Source: Synechococcus sp. (GTDB taxonomy: Bacteria; Cyanobacteriota; Cyanobacteriia; PCC-6307; Cyanobiaceae). Taken from it: a stretch of DNA of 64,000 nt. The stretch lies in contig JBJBDL010000003.1 in assembly GCA_047285305.1 (NCBI GenBank), forward strand, positions 32,001-96,000, given 5' to 3'. How positions within the stretch are numbered: position 1 is the stretch's first letter; each line of letters starts with the position of its first letter. Below the pieces are notes generated by a model. It was given only the letters and a program-made list of their open reading frames with translations. It did no database searches and was not told where the DNA came from. Below, one piece after another: positions 1 to 10,718 of the stretch. A program made the translations under genes and the position numbers.

Positions 1-1
1 G

Positions 2-829
2 CGGCCGCTCGGGGTGATTGCAGTGCCTTGGCTGTTGGTGTTCATCCAGCCTGATCTGGGCACATCGCTTGTGTTCGGCGCCCTGATGCTCACGATGCTG
101 TATTGGTCTGGGATGCCGGTCGAGTGGGTGATTCTGTTGTTGTCACCGCTGGTGACGGCCCTGCTCTCAGGCCTTCTCCCCTGGGCCATTGCCCTCTGGA
201 TCCCGCTGATGGGAGTTCTCACGTACCGCTCCCTGCCCTGGAAACGTCTGGCAGCCACAGCAACCCTGGCCATCCACGGCGCCATGGCTGCTGTGACGCC
301 ATGGCTCTGGATGCATGGTTTGAAGGACTATCAACGGGATCGTTTGGTGCTGTTCCTCGACCCCAGTCAGGATCCATTGGGCGGGGGCTATCACCTGCTT
401 CAGAGCACCGTTGGCATCGGTTCAGGCGGCGTCTTGGGCACAGGTCTTCTTCAAGGACAACTGACAAAGCTTCGTTTCATCCCTGAACAGCACACCGATT
501 TCATCTTCAGCGCCCTGGGCGAGGAAACCGGTTTCATTGGCTGCTTATTGGTGGTTCTTGGCTTTGCCGCGTTGATGGCACGGTTGCTCCAGATCGCGCG
601 CAATGCCCGCACCGACTTCGAATCACTCGTGGTGATCGGGATCGGCACGATGCTGATGTTCCAGGTGGTGGTCAACATCTTCATGACCATCGGCCTGGGC
701 CCCGTCACAGGAATCCCCCTGCCCTTCCTGAGTTATGGGCGCTCAGCCATGGTGGTGAACTTCATCGCGCTCGGCCTCTGCCTGTCGGTGGTCCAACAAA
801 GCCGTCGCTCCTTGGCGCACCTCCGTTGA
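2..829 (+). CDS. rodA: Rod shape-determining protein RodA (SEDS family), 5'-truncated by the window edge
   Basis: QPDLGT, GYH..QS..GIGSGG..G, PEQHTDFIFS..GEE.G and P.TGIPLPF.SYG SEDS motifs; frame open back to position 2. Confidence 0.93.
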   Translation, partial: RPLGVIAVPWLLVFIQPDLGTSLVFGALMLTMLYWSGMPVEWVILLLSPLVTALLSGLLPWAIALWIPLMGVLTYRSLPWKRLAATATLAIHGAMAAVTPWLWMHGLKDYQRDRLVLFLDPSQDPLGGGYHLLQSTVGIGSGGVLGTGLLQGQLTKLRFIPEQHTDFIFSALGEETGFIGCLLVVLGFAALMARLLQIARNARTDFESLVVIGIGTMLMFQVVVNIFMTIGLGPVTGIPLPFLSYGRSAMVVNFIALGLCLSVVQQSRRSLAHLR

Positions 830-2175
830 CCAGCCCCTCCTTCACCGACCTGCGGCAACGGTTGGCACAGGACGTGCCCCAGGGCCGCTGCGATGAGATT
901 GGTGTCCGACGGCTTTGGTGGGCTGCCCTAGAAACCCTGCAGCAAGACCTGCTTGAGCGAGGCCTGGAACGAGGCATCTGGCTGGCTGCCCCCCTGCCAG
1001 CTCTCTACGAACCGGAATTACTGAAACATCTGCAGGGATGGGTGTGGGCTCCAGATCAACTGGATCAACTGGGTCCGCATCCAACAGCACTGCCGGGACG
1101 GTCCAGCAGCGATGAGCCCAGTTCCCTGAGGGGATTCCAACGCTTGTCCCTGGACCCTGACGACGGGGATGACCCACTGCTGCTGGTGATCACACCCGAG
1201 GTCCAGGTGGCCCTTGCCCTGCATGGGCCGGCCCAGAAGCGTCAGCTGCTGATGCGATGCGACCCGGCAACGCTCAGTGATGTGCTGGTGCAGCTAGGGG
1301 GGCGGCTGGAGCACCAGTCACCAGCGCAGGCCGAGCAGCTGCGCAAAGCGCTCGAATCGATCGGCTCCCTGCAGAGCAATGCAGCCTGGTCAGAACAGTT
1401 CTGGCCCCGTCTTACGGAGCGGCTCACCGGCACAGCCCCTGGGCTGATGCTGCAACCCATCCAGGCTGAGCGCCCACCGGAAGCGCCCAGCCATGGAGAT
1501 CTGAATTTGCTGGAAGCGATCACCCATGAGGTGAGAACCCCGCTGGCCACGATCCGAACATTGATCCGCTCTCTGCTGCGGCGGAAGGATCTGGCTGATG
1601 TCGTTGTGAATCGCTTGCGGCAGATCGATGTGGAATGCAGCGAGCAGATCGATCGATTTGGCCTGATCTTCCATGCCGCTGAACTGCAACGGGAGCCCAA
1701 CGAGGCCAATCTGGCCCGCACCGATTTGCAGGCCATGCTGAGCGCCCTTGCACCCAGCTGGACGGAGCAGCTGAACCGTCGCGGGATCGCCCTGGAGCTG
1801 GATCTAAGCGCTGACCTGCCCGCGATCCTCAGTGACTCCCGGCGACTGGAACCGATGCTGGGAGGTCTGATCGACCGCAGCACCAGGGGGCTCCCCTCCG
1901 GCAGTCAGCTCACGCTTCACCTCCAGGCAGCGGGTCCGCGGGTGAAGCTTCAGCTGCATGTGGAGCATCCCGACAGAAGCCAGGCCGCGGAGGCCGGCAC
2001 GTCTACCCAGCGCGAGAACGTGGGCACCGTCCTGAGCTGGGATCCCAGCACCGGGAGCCTGCAGTTAAGCCAAGATGCGACCCGCCAGATGATGGCCAGC
2101 CTGGGAGGCCGCTATCAGCCCAGGCGCGATCGCGACATCACCGTTTTTTTTCCGGTGCATACGCCCGGAGAGTGA
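826..2175 (+). CDS. Soluble sensor histidine kinase with HisKA domain and degenerate ATPase domain (Hik34-like)
   Basis: H-box ITHEVRTPLATIRTL; no TM helices; no recognisable G1/G2 boxes; TTGA overlap with rodA stop. Confidence 0.75.
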   Translation: MTSPSFTDLRQRLAQDVPQGRCDEIGVRRLWWAALETLQQDLLERGLERGIWLAAPLPALYEPELLKHLQGWVWAPDQLDQLGPHPTALPGRSSSDEPSSLRGFQRLSLDPDDGDDPLLLVITPEVQVALALHGPAQKRQLLMRCDPATLSDVLVQLGGRLEHQSPAQAEQLRKALESIGSLQSNAAWSEQFWPRLTERLTGTAPGLMLQPIQAERPPEAPSHGDLNLLEAITHEVRTPLATIRTLIRSLLRRKDLADVVVNRLRQIDVECSEQIDRFGLIFHAAELQREPNEANLARTDLQAMLSALAPSWTEQLNRRGIALELDLSADLPAILSDSRRLEPMLGGLIDRSTRGLPSGSQLTLHLQAAGPRVKLQLHVEHPDRSQAAEAGTSTQRENVGTVLSWDPSTGSLQLSQDATRQMMASLGGRYQPRRDRDITVFFPVHTPGE

Positions 2176-2234
2176 TGGGTTTGTTGACGGGTGTGAAGCT
2201 TGCTGTCTGAGCTCAAAACAGGTCCCAAGAACGG

Positions 2235-2243
2235 TGCTACTTT
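2235..2243 (+). promoter_or_regulatory. Putative extended -10 promoter of psaD
   Basis: TGCTACTTT (TGn-TAnnnT) 35 nt upstream of ATG 2278. Confidence 0.4.
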
Positions 2244-2277
2244 CCAGCCATAACGGCTCTTGTGGATTCTTTCAGCC

Positions 2278-2709
2278 ATGGCAGCAACGGCGTTGAACGG
2301 TCAGCTTCCCCAGCACATCGCCAGCACTGGCGGCCTTCTTAATTCAGCGGAGACTGAAGAAAAATACGCAATCACCTGGACCAGCAAGACAGAGCAGGCT
2401 TTTGAGCTGCCCACTGGTGGCGCCGCTCTGATGAATTCAGGCGAGAACCTGATGTATTTCGCTCGTAAAGAACAGTGCCTCGCCCTCGGCACACAGCTGC
2501 GCACGAAATTCAAGCCCCGGATCGAGGACTACAAGATCTTCCGGATCTACCCCGGTGGTGACACCGAATTCCTGCATCCCAAGGATGGAGTGTTCTCCGA
2601 AAAGGTGAACGAGGGTCGTCCCATGGTGGGACACAACCCCCGTCGCATTGGCCAGAACGTCAACCCTGCCAACATCAAATTCAGCGGCCGCAACACCTTC
2701 GACGCCTGA
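2278..2709 (+). CDS. psaD: Photosystem I subunit II PsaD
   Basis: [51 protein letters not shown] at 2278 chosen. Confidence 0.98.
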   Translation: MAATALNGQLPQHIASTGGLLNSAETEEKYAITWTSKTEQAFELPTGGAALMNSGENLMYFARKEQCLALGTQLRTKFKPRIEDYKIFRIYPGGDTEFLHPKDGVFSEKVNEGRPMVGHNPRRIGQNVNPANIKFSGRNTFDA

Positions 2710-2769
2710 TCTCTCAAAACCGACGCCCGGAGGTCATCATCTCCGGGTCCCGGCTGCGATGATCAGGTC

Positions 2770-4287
2770 ATGTTCAGTCCCGATCGCGACGCCTTTCATC
2801 AGGCTGTTTGTAGTGGCGCCAATCTGATCCCTCTGGCTCAGAGTTGGCCCGCAGATCTTGAAACACCCCTCACCACCTGGATCAAGGTGGGTGACGGAAG
2901 ACCTCCAGGAGTGCTGCTGGAGTCCGTTGAGGGTGGTGAAACCTTGGGGCGTTGGAGCGTGATCGCCTGCGATCCGCTTTGGACGGCGTCAGCCCGCAAC
3001 GATCGTCTGACACGCACCTGGCGAAATGGTCGTGAAGAGACTTTCAACGGCAATCCATTCGAATCCCTGCGCGACTGCCTCGCGCCGTACTCCTGCGTCA
3101 ACCTGCCGGGCCTCCCTCCGCTTGGGCAGCTCTATGGCGTTTGGGGTTACGAACTGATCCAGTGGATCGAACCCACCGTCGCCGTTCATCCCCGCGCTGC
3201 TGCCGATCCCCCGGATGGGATCTGGATGTTGATGGACGCGATCTTGATCTTTGATCAGGTGAAACGACAGATCACCGCTGTCGCCTTCGGCGACCTCTCC
3301 AACGGAGCGGATGAGGATCAGGCCTGGCAAACCGCTATCGGACGGATCGCGGCCCTGCGCCAGCGGATGGACGCACCTCTGCCCGCCGTCAAACCACTGA
3401 ACTGGGATGCGAGAAGCAGAGAGCTTCCCGAGGTGCGCTCTAACCGCAGCCGCGATGAATTCGAAGCCGCCGTCGACACCGCCAAGGAACACATCGCAGC
3501 CGGCGATGTGTTCCAACTAGTTATCAGTCAGCGCCTGGCAACCGAGGTGCCTCAATCGCCCCTGGAGCTGTACCGCAGTTTGCGGATGGTGAATCCTTCC
3601 CCGTATATGGCGTTCTTCGACTTTGGGGACTGGCAACTGATTGGCTCCAGTCCGGAGGTGATGGTTCAAGCCGAACCCGCTGCTGATGGCATCCACGCCA
3701 GCCTTCGCCCCATCGCCGGAACAAGGCCCCGCGGCGCCACGCCCCTCGAAGACCGCGAACTGGAAGCTGACCTGCTGGCCGATCCCAAGGAACGGGCTGA
3801 GCACGTGATGCTGGTAGATCTGGGCCGCAATGACCTCGGCAGGGTCTGTCAGCCCGGAAGCGTGGCAGTGCAGGACCTGATGGTGATCGAGCGCTACTCC
3901 CACGTGATGCACATCGTCAGCCAAGTCGAAGGACGCCTCGGCCCGTCACACGACGTGTGGGATCTGCTGATGGCGGCGTTCCCCGCAGGCACCGTCAGCG
4001 GCGCACCAAAAATCCGGGCGATGCAACTCATCCACGAACTTGAGCCCGATGCCCGTGGCCCCTATTCCGGGGTCTACGGATCCGTTGATCTGGCCGGGGC
4101 CCTAAACACAGCGATCACGATCCGCACCATGGTGGTGCAACCCCGTGATGGCGGGGGATGCCGGGTGAAAGTGCAGGCCGGAGCCGGCGTTGTGGCCGAT
4201 TCACAGCCGACGGCGGAGTTTGAGGAGACCCTCAACAAAGCCAGGGGAATGCTGACCGCACTGGCGTGCCTGAATCCGCCGGGATGA
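2770..4287 (+). CDS. trpE: Anthranilate synthase component I
   Basis: LLESVEGGE, NPSPYM, SSPE, PIAGTRPRG, KERAEHVMLVDLGRND, GTVSGAPKIRAM, QAGAGVVADS. Confidence 0.95.
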   Translation: MFSPDRDAFHQAVCSGANLIPLAQSWPADLETPLTTWIKVGDGRPPGVLLESVEGGETLGRWSVIACDPLWTASARNDRLTRTWRNGREETFNGNPFESLRDCLAPYSCVNLPGLPPLGQLYGVWGYELIQWIEPTVAVHPRAAADPPDGIWMLMDAILIFDQVKRQITAVAFGDLSNGADEDQAWQTAIGRIAALRQRMDAPLPAVKPLNWDARSRELPEVRSNRSRDEFEAAVDTAKEHIAAGDVFQLVISQRLATEVPQSPLELYRSLRMVNPSPYMAFFDFGDWQLIGSSPEVMVQAEPAADGIHASLRPIAGTRPRGATPLEDRELEADLLADPKERAEHVMLVDLGRNDLGRVCQPGSVAVQDLMVIERYSHVMHIVSQVEGRLGPSHDVWDLLMAAFPAGTVSGAPKIRAMQLIHELEPDARGPYSGVYGSVDLAGALNTAITIRTMVVQPRDGGGCRVKVQAGAGVVADSQPTAEFEETLNKARGMLTALACLNPPG

Positions 4288-5426
4288 CAGTGCAACCCCT
4301 TCTGCTGAAAGGCTTCGAGGTTGAACTGTTCACCGGTCGAAGCAACGGAGCCAACGTGGGCGTCGCCCACGACGTGGCCAGGGACCTGCCTGGCTTCGTG
4401 ACGGAACCGGACCGTCGCAACCTCGAATACGTCACCGACCCGATCCGGGATTACGCCGAACTGCCCGAGGCGCTGCTGGCTCCCCGGAGGACACTGCGGC
4501 GGTGGCTGCAGAAGCGAGAGCTAACGCTTCTCCCCGGCAGCACCATGAGCCTTGGTGACAGCAGCCGATTCGAACGCTCCGACCCCGAGAACGGATATCA
4601 CACGCTGATTGAACAGCTGTATGGCACCAAGGTCGTGACAGCCAGCATCCATATCAACCTCGGGATCACAGATCTCAACTGGTTGTTTGCAGCAGTCCGG
4701 CTCGTGCGCTGCGAAGCGGCTCTGCTGCTTGCCCTGAGTGCAAGTTCTCCCTTCTTGGATGGGCGGAGCACCAGCCACCACTCCCAGCGCTGGCATCAAT
4801 TCCCTCTCACGCCCGCTGCGGTTCCTCTTTTTAGGGATCACGAGCACTACATCCAGTGGGTGGAGGAGCAACTGGCCACGGGTGCCATGCGCAACGAGCG
4901 TCACCTGTGGACGTCGATTCGGCCCAATGGTCCGCGGCGCCCCTACGACCTCAACCGGTTGGAATTAAGGATCTGTGATCTGGTCACTAATCCCGATGAG
5001 CTGCTGGCGATCACCTGTCTGCTGGAGCTGCGGCTGCTGGCCCTCAAAAACAACATCGAAAGCCTCGATCCACTCAGCAGCAGTTCGCTGAGCGCCGCTG
5101 AACTGGTCCAGCTCGCCGACAGCAACGACGCCGCCGTGGCCCGATCCAGCCTGAATGCTGAACTCCGACATTGGCGGGATGGCCGTGTCATCAAGTGCAA
5201 AGAGTGGCTGCTGGAGCTGATTGATCAGCTGACTCCCCTAGCCGAATCGCTCCAGCTCAGGTCATGCTTGAAGCCCTTGGATTCCCTGCTTGTCCATGGC
5301 AATCAGGCCATGCGCTGGGAAGCGGCCCATGGCCGGGGCCAATCCATCGAAAACCTGCTTCAGGAAGGTATTCAGCGGATGGAGGAGGAGGAACAGATCT
5401 CCACCGGGGAAGCCTGTTTGGGATGA
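4284..5426 (+). CDS. gshA: Glutamate--cysteine ligase (cyanobacterial type)
   Basis: [49 protein letters not shown] overlap with trpE. Confidence 0.88.
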   Translation: MTVQPLLLKGFEVELFTGRSNGANVGVAHDVARDLPGFVTEPDRRNLEYVTDPIRDYAELPEALLAPRRTLRRWLQKRELTLLPGSTMSLGDSSRFERSDPENGYHTLIEQLYGTKVVTASIHINLGITDLNWLFAAVRLVRCEAALLLALSASSPFLDGRSTSHHSQRWHQFPLTPAAVPLFRDHEHYIQWVEEQLATGAMRNERHLWTSIRPNGPRRPYDLNRLELRICDLVTNPDELLAITCLLELRLLALKNNIESLDPLSSSSLSAAELVQLADSNDAAVARSSLNAELRHWRDGRVIKCKEWLLELIDQLTPLAESLQLRSCLKPLDSLLVHGNQAMRWEAAHGRGQSIENLLQEGIQRMEEEEQISTGEACLG

Positions 5427-8400
5427 TCATGTCGAGTTCGTCGCAGCGTGGAGACTTCATGCCTGAGTCCACCACCCCTGTCTCCGAGCAAGAGACTGCA
5501 CGCTTGAGCGGTGGCGGATCCGGCGCAGGACAGCTTCTTCAGCACCGCCTGGACCTGATTGAAGACCTATGGAAGTCGGTGCTGCGCAGCGAGTGCCCAC
5601 CGGTGCAGAGCGAACGCCTGCTGAGGCTCAAACAACTCAGCGATCCCGTCTCTTTGGAAGGTCGAGATGGCGACAGCACGAGCGAGGCGATCGTCGAGCT
5701 AATCAAGGCCATGGACCTTTCGGAGGCCATCTCGGCGGCCCGTGCCTTTTCGCTGTATTTCCAGCTCATCAACATCCTTGAGCAACGGATCGAGGAAGAC
5801 AGCTATCTCGACAGCCTGAGACCCAATTCCAGTGCTGACACGGCCCAACGGGACGCCTTTGATCCCTTCGCCCCGCCCCTCGCCAACCAGACCGATCCGG
5901 CCACCTTTGGAGAGGTCTTCGAGCGGCTGCGGCGGATGAACGTCCCCCCCGCGCAGGTGGAACAACTGCTGCGGGAACTGGACATCCGGCTGGTCTTCAC
6001 CGCGCACCCCACGGAGATCGTGCGGCACACGGTGCGGCACAAGCAGAGGCGGGTGGCCAACCTGCTCCAGCAGCTTCAATCCGACGCCCCTCTGGCGCAT
6101 CAGCTGCGTGAGGACTGCCGCGACCAACTGGAGGAGGAAATCCGCCTGTGGTGGCGAACCGATGAACTCCACCAGTTCAAGCCCACCGTGATCGATGAGG
6201 TGGATTCAACCCTGCACTATTTCCAGCAGGTGTTGTTTGACGCGATGCCGCAACTGCGCAGAAGGCTGATCTCCGCCCTGCATCGCCACTACCCCGATGT
6301 ACAGGTCCCCCAGGCATCGTTCTGCACCTTTGGCTCCTGGGTGGGTTCCGATCGGGACGGCAATCCTTCGGTCACACCCGAGATCACCTGGCGAACCGCC
6401 TGTTATCAGCGTCAGTTGATGCTGGAGCTCTACATCAGTTCTGTGCAGTCGCTCAGGCAGCAGCTGAGCATCTCCATGCAATGGAGTCAGGTGGCTCCAT
6501 CACTGCTGGAGTCGCTGGAGATGGATCGGCTCCGGTTCCCGGAGATCTACGAGCGCAGAGCAGCGCGGTACCGACTGGAGCCCTACCGGCTGAAGCTCTG
6601 CTACGTGCTCGAAAAACTGGAGCGCACCCTCGCCCGCAACAATCAATTGTCGGAAGCGGGCTGGCAGATGCCCTGTGAGGCGCTGGCCGGTCCCCAGGTC
6701 GGGCTGAGCGGCGCTGAGGTTCTCCACTACACCTCGGTGGACCAGTTCCGCAGTGATCTGGAGTTGGTGCGCAACAGCCTCGTCAGCACCGAATTGAGCT
6801 GCGAACACCTCGACACTCTGCTGCACCAGGTGCACATCTTTGGGTTCTCACTGGCCAGCCTTGACATCCGTCAGGAGAGCACCCGCCACAGCGATGCCAT
6901 CGATGAACTCACCCGCAGCCTTGAACTGCCCCAGGCCTATGGGGACATGGATGAGACGGAGCGGATGGCATGGCTCCTGCAGGAACTGCAGACCCGTCGC
7001 CCCCTGATCCCGCCTGCCGCCAGCTGGTCGGCAGCGACGGCCGAGACGCTGGCGGTGTTCCGAATGCTGCAGCGCCTCCAGGAGGAGTTCGGTCCGCGGA
7101 TCTGCAACTCCTACGTGATCTCCATGAGCCACACGGCATCGGATCTCTTGGAGGTCCTGCTTCTCGCCAAGGAGGCGGGTCTTGTAGACCCGCCCAACAA
7201 ACGGGCCTCCCTGTTGGTGGTGCCGCTGTTCGAAACCGTGGAGGATCTCCAACGAGCCCCTGAGGTGATGGAGGGACTGTTCAAGACGCCTCTCTACCGC
7301 GAACTCCTCCCAGTCGTGGGGCAGCAAAAGCAGCCGCTGCAGGAGCTGATGCTGGGCTACTCCGACAGCAACAAGGATTCCGGCTTCCTCTCCAGCAACT
7401 GGGAGATCCATCAGGCTCAGATCGCCCTTCAGGAACTCGCCAGCCGCCAGGACGTGGCGCTTCGCCTCTTCCACGGCCGCGGTGGATCCGTCAGTCGTGG
7501 TGGTGGGCCGGCCTATCAAGCAATCCTGGCCCAACCCAGCGGCACACTGCAGGGCCGGATCAAAATCACCGAACAGGGTGAAGTGCTGGCCTCGAAGTAC
7601 AGCCTGCCCGAGTTGGCGCTCTACAACCTGGAGACCGTTACCACGGCCGTGGTGCAGAACAGCCTGGTGACCAACCAGCTTGATGCGACACCCAGCTGGA
7701 ACCAGCTGATGAGTCGCCTCGCCACCCGCTCACGGGAGCATTACCGGGCTCTCGTTCACGACAATCCCGATCTGGTGGCGTTTTTCCAGCAGGTGACACC
7801 GATCGAGGAAATCAGCAAGCTGCAGATCTCCAGTCGACCAGCCCGACGCAAAACCGGCGCCAAGGACCTCTCCAGCCTGCGGGCGATTCCCTGGGTTTTC
7901 GGCTGGACCCAGAGTCGGTTCCTTCTGCCGAGCTGGTTTGGCTTCGGCACGGCGCTGTCGGAAGAAGTGGGCGGCGACTCCGAACAACTCGACCTGCTGC
8001 GGCGCCTCCATCAACGTTGGCCGTTCTTCCGGATGCTCATTTCCAAGGTGGAAATGACCCTCTCCAAGGTGGATCTCGACCTGGCTCATCACTACATGAA
8101 CAGCCTGGGGCACCCCGAACAGCGGGAAGCCTTTGAAGCGATCTTCCAGGTGATCGCCAAGGAATACGAACTCACCCGCCAACTGGTTCTGGAAATCACG
8201 GGACAAAACCGACTGCTGGGCGCTGATCAAGGGCTTCAGCTGTCTGTTGATCTGCGCAACCGCACCATCGTTCCCCTGGGCTTCCTTCAGGTTGCGCTGC
8301 TGAAGCGGCTACGGGATCAGAACCGGCAACCGCCCATGAGCGAGACGCCAGGCGCCCCCGAAGACACCCGCACCTACAGCCGCAGTGAACTGCTGCGGGG

Positions 8401-8452
8401 GGCCTTGCTCACACTCAACGGCATTGCAGCCGGCATGCGCAACACCGGCTGA
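5423..8452 (+). CDS. ppc: Phosphoenolpyruvate carboxylase (start 5423 or 5459)
   Basis: [55 protein letters not shown]-terminal GMRNTG. Confidence 0.98.
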   Translation: MIMSSSSQRGDFMPESTTPVSEQETARLSGGGSGAGQLLQHRLDLIEDLWKSVLRSECPPVQSERLLRLKQLSDPVSLEGRDGDSTSEAIVELIKAMDLSEAISAARAFSLYFQLINILEQRIEEDSYLDSLRPNSSADTAQRDAFDPFAPPLANQTDPATFGEVFERLRRMNVPPAQVEQLLRELDIRLVFTAHPTEIVRHTVRHKQRRVANLLQQLQSDAPLAHQLREDCRDQLEEEIRLWWRTDELHQFKPTVIDEVDSTLHYFQQVLFDAMPQLRRRLISALHRHYPDVQVPQASFCTFGSWVGSDRDGNPSVTPEITWRTACYQRQLMLELYISSVQSLRQQLSISMQWSQVAPSLLESLEMDRLRFPEIYERRAARYRLEPYRLKLCYVLEKLERTLARNNQLSEAGWQMPCEALAGPQVGLSGAEVLHYTSVDQFRSDLELVRNSLVSTELSCEHLDTLLHQVHIFGFSLASLDIRQESTRHSDAIDELTRSLELPQAYGDMDETERMAWLLQELQTRRPLIPPAASWSAATAETLAVFRMLQRLQEEFGPRICNSYVISMSHTASDLLEVLLLAKEAGLVDPPNKRASLLVVPLFETVEDLQRAPEVMEGLFKTPLYRELLPVVGQQKQPLQELMLGYSDSNKDSGFLSSNWEIHQAQIALQELASRQDVALRLFHGRGGSVSRGGGPAYQAILAQPSGTLQGRIKITEQGEVLASKYSLPELALYNLETVTTAVVQNSLVTNQLDATPSWNQLMSRLATRSREHYRALVHDNPDLVAFFQQVTPIEEISKLQISSRPARRKTGAKDLSSLRAIPWVFGWTQSRFLLPSWFGFGTALSEEVGGDSEQLDLLRRLHQRWPFFRMLISKVEMTLSKVDLDLAHHYMNSLGHPEQREAFEAIFQVIAKEYELTRQLVLEITGQNRLLGADQGLQLSVDLRNRTIVPLGFLQVALLKRLRDQNRQPPMSETPGAPEDTRTYSRSELLRGALLTLNGIAAGMRNTG

Positions 8453-8458
8453 TCCACA

Positions 8459-8914
8459 GTGCTGTCCTTCCTTCAACAACCCTCGATTCCACCCTTGCCC
8501 GAGGGAACGCGACTCGAAACATCAACCCCTCCCACCTCCCAGCAGCTCAACACGTTGCTGATGTCCTGCGGGGAATCAACCCACCCTGAGGAACGCTGGG
8601 AGCTCGCCCTTCAGCGCAGCCTGTGGCAAATCAGCATCCTGGATGAATCAACTGGAGAACTGATCGGATTTGTGCGGGCCACCAGTGATCTGGCCCTCAA
8701 CGCCAATCTTTGGAACCTGGCCGCCAAGCCAGGACAGAACCAAGGTGCTCTTTTCGCCGTTCTAGTGCACCGAGCCCTACAGATTCTTCGCCGGGATCTG
8801 CCGGGCTGCAGCCTTTCAATCTCAGCCCCTGCGGATGCGTTGGAGGCTCTCAAACAGCAAGGTTTCCTGATTGATCCCAATGGCATTCGCGCCATGGGCC
8901 TCAGCCTTAGCTGA
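8459..8914 (+). CDS. GNAT-family N-acetyltransferase-like protein
   Basis: LIGFVRATSD..LNANLWNL..PG motif typical of cyanobacterial GNAT (Ycf52-like) proteins. Confidence 0.65.
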   Translation: MLSFLQQPSIPPLPEGTRLETSTPPTSQQLNTLLMSCGESTHPEERWELALQRSLWQISILDESTGELIGFVRATSDLALNANLWNLAAKPGQNQGALFAVLVHRALQILRRDLPGCSLSISAPADALEALKQQGFLIDPNGIRAMGLSLS

Positions 8915-8931
8915 GACATTGAGTTCAAACA

Positions 8932-9005
8932 CGAGCATGGAGGGACTCGAACCCCCGACCCTCAGAACCGGAATCTGATGCTCTATCCAACTGAGCTACA
9001 TGCCC
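8932..9005 (-). tRNA. trnR: tRNA-Arg(CCG)
   Basis: Reverse complement GGGCATGTAGCTCAGTTGGATAGAGCA-TCAGA-TTCCGGT-TCTGA-GGGTCGGGGGTTCGAGTCCCTCCATGCTCG; CCA not encoded. Confidence 0.97.
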
Positions 9006-9087
9006 ACTGATCGGCGTTAAGCCGCAGTGATATCGAGCGTCAACCGTCCCGATACAGGTACCTTACTCACTGGTCGCCCCAGCACCC

Positions 9088-10203
9088 ATCCGGCTCCACA
9101 GGCTCCAACTGCAGGGCTTCCGGAACCACACCGTTCTGCAGCTGGAACTGACGCAGCCACGCCTTTTGGTGATCGGGCCCAATGGCATTGGCAAGTCCAA
9201 CCTGCTCGAAGCGGTTGAACTGCTGGGCAGCCTGCGCTCCCATCGCTGCAGTAACGATCGCGATCTGATCCAGTGGGACGCTCCACAGGCCCTGATCCGG
9301 GCCGACGTGGGGGATGGGGATCGTCTGGAACTGGAACTGCGCCGGCAGGGAGGTCGTCAGGCCAAAAGGAACGGCAAGCTGCTCGATCGGCAGCTAGACC
9401 TGATTGGCCCGCTGCGCTGCATTGGCTTCAGCGCCCTGGATCTTGATCTGGTGCGGGGCGAACCCGCCTTACGCCGCCAGTGGCTGGACCGCGTCGTGCT
9501 GCAGCTCGAACCGGTGTATGCCGATCTGATGGCACGGCTGAACCGGTTGCTGCGGCAGCGCAGCCAGCTCTGGCACCAGAGGCAGGTCTCCAGTGCCGAA
9601 CGCCATGCGCTGCTCGATGCCTTTGACGTTCAGATGGCGCTAGTGAGCACCCGAATTCACCGGCGACGGCAACGGGCCCTGCATCGGTTGGAACCGATCG
9701 CCCAACGCTGGCAGGCCCACCTCAGCAGGGGTACAGAAGCCTTGGAACTGCACTACAAACCCGGCAGCAAGCTCGATGGGGAGGATGCCGAAGAGCCCTG
9801 GCGACTCGCCATCGAGGAGCAACTGCGCGAACAGCGGGGAGAGGAGGAACGGCTCGGCAGCTGCCGTGTGGGACCTCACAGAGATGAGATCGCCCTGCTG
9901 CTGGGAGGCAGCCCGGCACGACGGTTTGGTTCGGCCGGTCAGCAGCGGTCGCTGGTCCTGGGCCTGAAGCTCGCCGAACTGGAGCTGGTGACCAAGCTGT
10001 GTGGGGAACCTCCACTGCTGCTTCTCGATGACGTGCTGGCCGAACTGGATCCCACCCGCCAGCAGCTCCTACTCGAAGCTGTGGGTGAGTCGCATCAATG
10101 CCTGGTGAGCGCCACTCACCTCGAGGGCTTCGGCGGCGGATGGCAGCAGCAGGCCCAAATTCTCGGAGCAAGAGAGCTGAGACCCGACCTGAAGATCGGA
10201 TAG
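9088..10203 (+). CDS. recF: DNA replication/repair protein RecF (start uncertain; conserved N-terminus begins at about 9088, first TTG at 9166)
   Basis: [14 protein letters not shown], Walker [24 protein letters not shown], Walker [13 protein letters not shown]. Confidence 0.93.
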   Translation: MRLHRLQLQGFRNHTVLQLELTQPRLLVIGPNGIGKSNLLEAVELLGSLRSHRCSNDRDLIQWDAPQALIRADVGDGDRLELELRRQGGRQAKRNGKLLDRQLDLIGPLRCIGFSALDLDLVRGEPALRRQWLDRVVLQLEPVYADLMARLNRLLRQRSQLWHQRQVSSAERHALLDAFDVQMALVSTRIHRRRQRALHRLEPIAQRWQAHLSRGTEALELHYKPGSKLDGEDAEEPWRLAIEEQLREQRGEEERLGSCRVGPHRDEIALLLGGSPARRFGSAGQQRSLVLGLKLAELELVTKLCGEPPLLLLDDVLAELDPTRQQLLLEAVGESHQCLVSATHLEGFGGGWQQQAQILGARELRPDLKIG

Positions 10204-10234
10204 GGTGGCTGACTTGTTTTTCTCTCATTGCCTG

Positions 10235-10702
10235 ATGGAGCAGACCCTCTCTGAATTGCACCCCAACCCGGGATGGGGAGCAGCTGAGATTCATTCCACC
10301 GACATGGTCGGCAAACACTGCATTCTCGAGCTCTACGACTGCGATCCGAGCCGGCTCGACGACGAAGCATTCATCCGTACAACGATCACCTCAGCAGCCA
10401 AAGGCGCTGGTGCGACGCTGCTGAACCTGATCACCCATCAATTTCAACCCCAGGGCGTCACGGGCCTGGCCCTGCTGGCGGAATCCCACATTTCCATCCA
10501 CACCTGGCCGGAATCGGGCTACGCGGCCGTTGATGTGTTCACCTGTGGTGACCACACCATGCCGGAACATGCCTGCGCCATTCTCTGTAGCGAGCTTCAA
10601 GCGAAACGGCACGCGCTGAAGAGCTTTTTGCGAGAAACGCCTGCAGCCATCGCCACAGGGGTGAGAGAACCCGTGGAAACGCCAAGCCAGCTCCCCAGCT
10701 GA
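10235..10702 (+). CDS. speD: S-adenosylmethionine decarboxylase proenzyme (pyruvoyl-dependent); alternative GTG start 10205
   Basis: [43 protein letters not shown] with the ES self-cleavage site. Confidence 0.9.
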   Translation: MEQTLSELHPNPGWGAAEIHSTDMVGKHCILELYDCDPSRLDDEAFIRTTITSAAKGAGATLLNLITHQFQPQGVTGLALLAESHISIHTWPESGYAAVDVFTCGDHTMPEHACAILCSELQAKRHALKSFLRETPAAIATGVREPVETPSQLPS

Positions 10703-10718
10703 ACAGGCCCATGGAAGA

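Noticed and set aside
2126..2133. HIP1 octamer GCGATCGC
   Set aside because: Only a few scattered copies noticed, consistent with chance in GC-rich DNA
5264..5422. N-terminal extension of ppc in the ORF track
   Set aside because: Overlaps the gshA coding region; ATG 5423 (ATGA coupling) or 5459 (GGAGA SD) is more plausible
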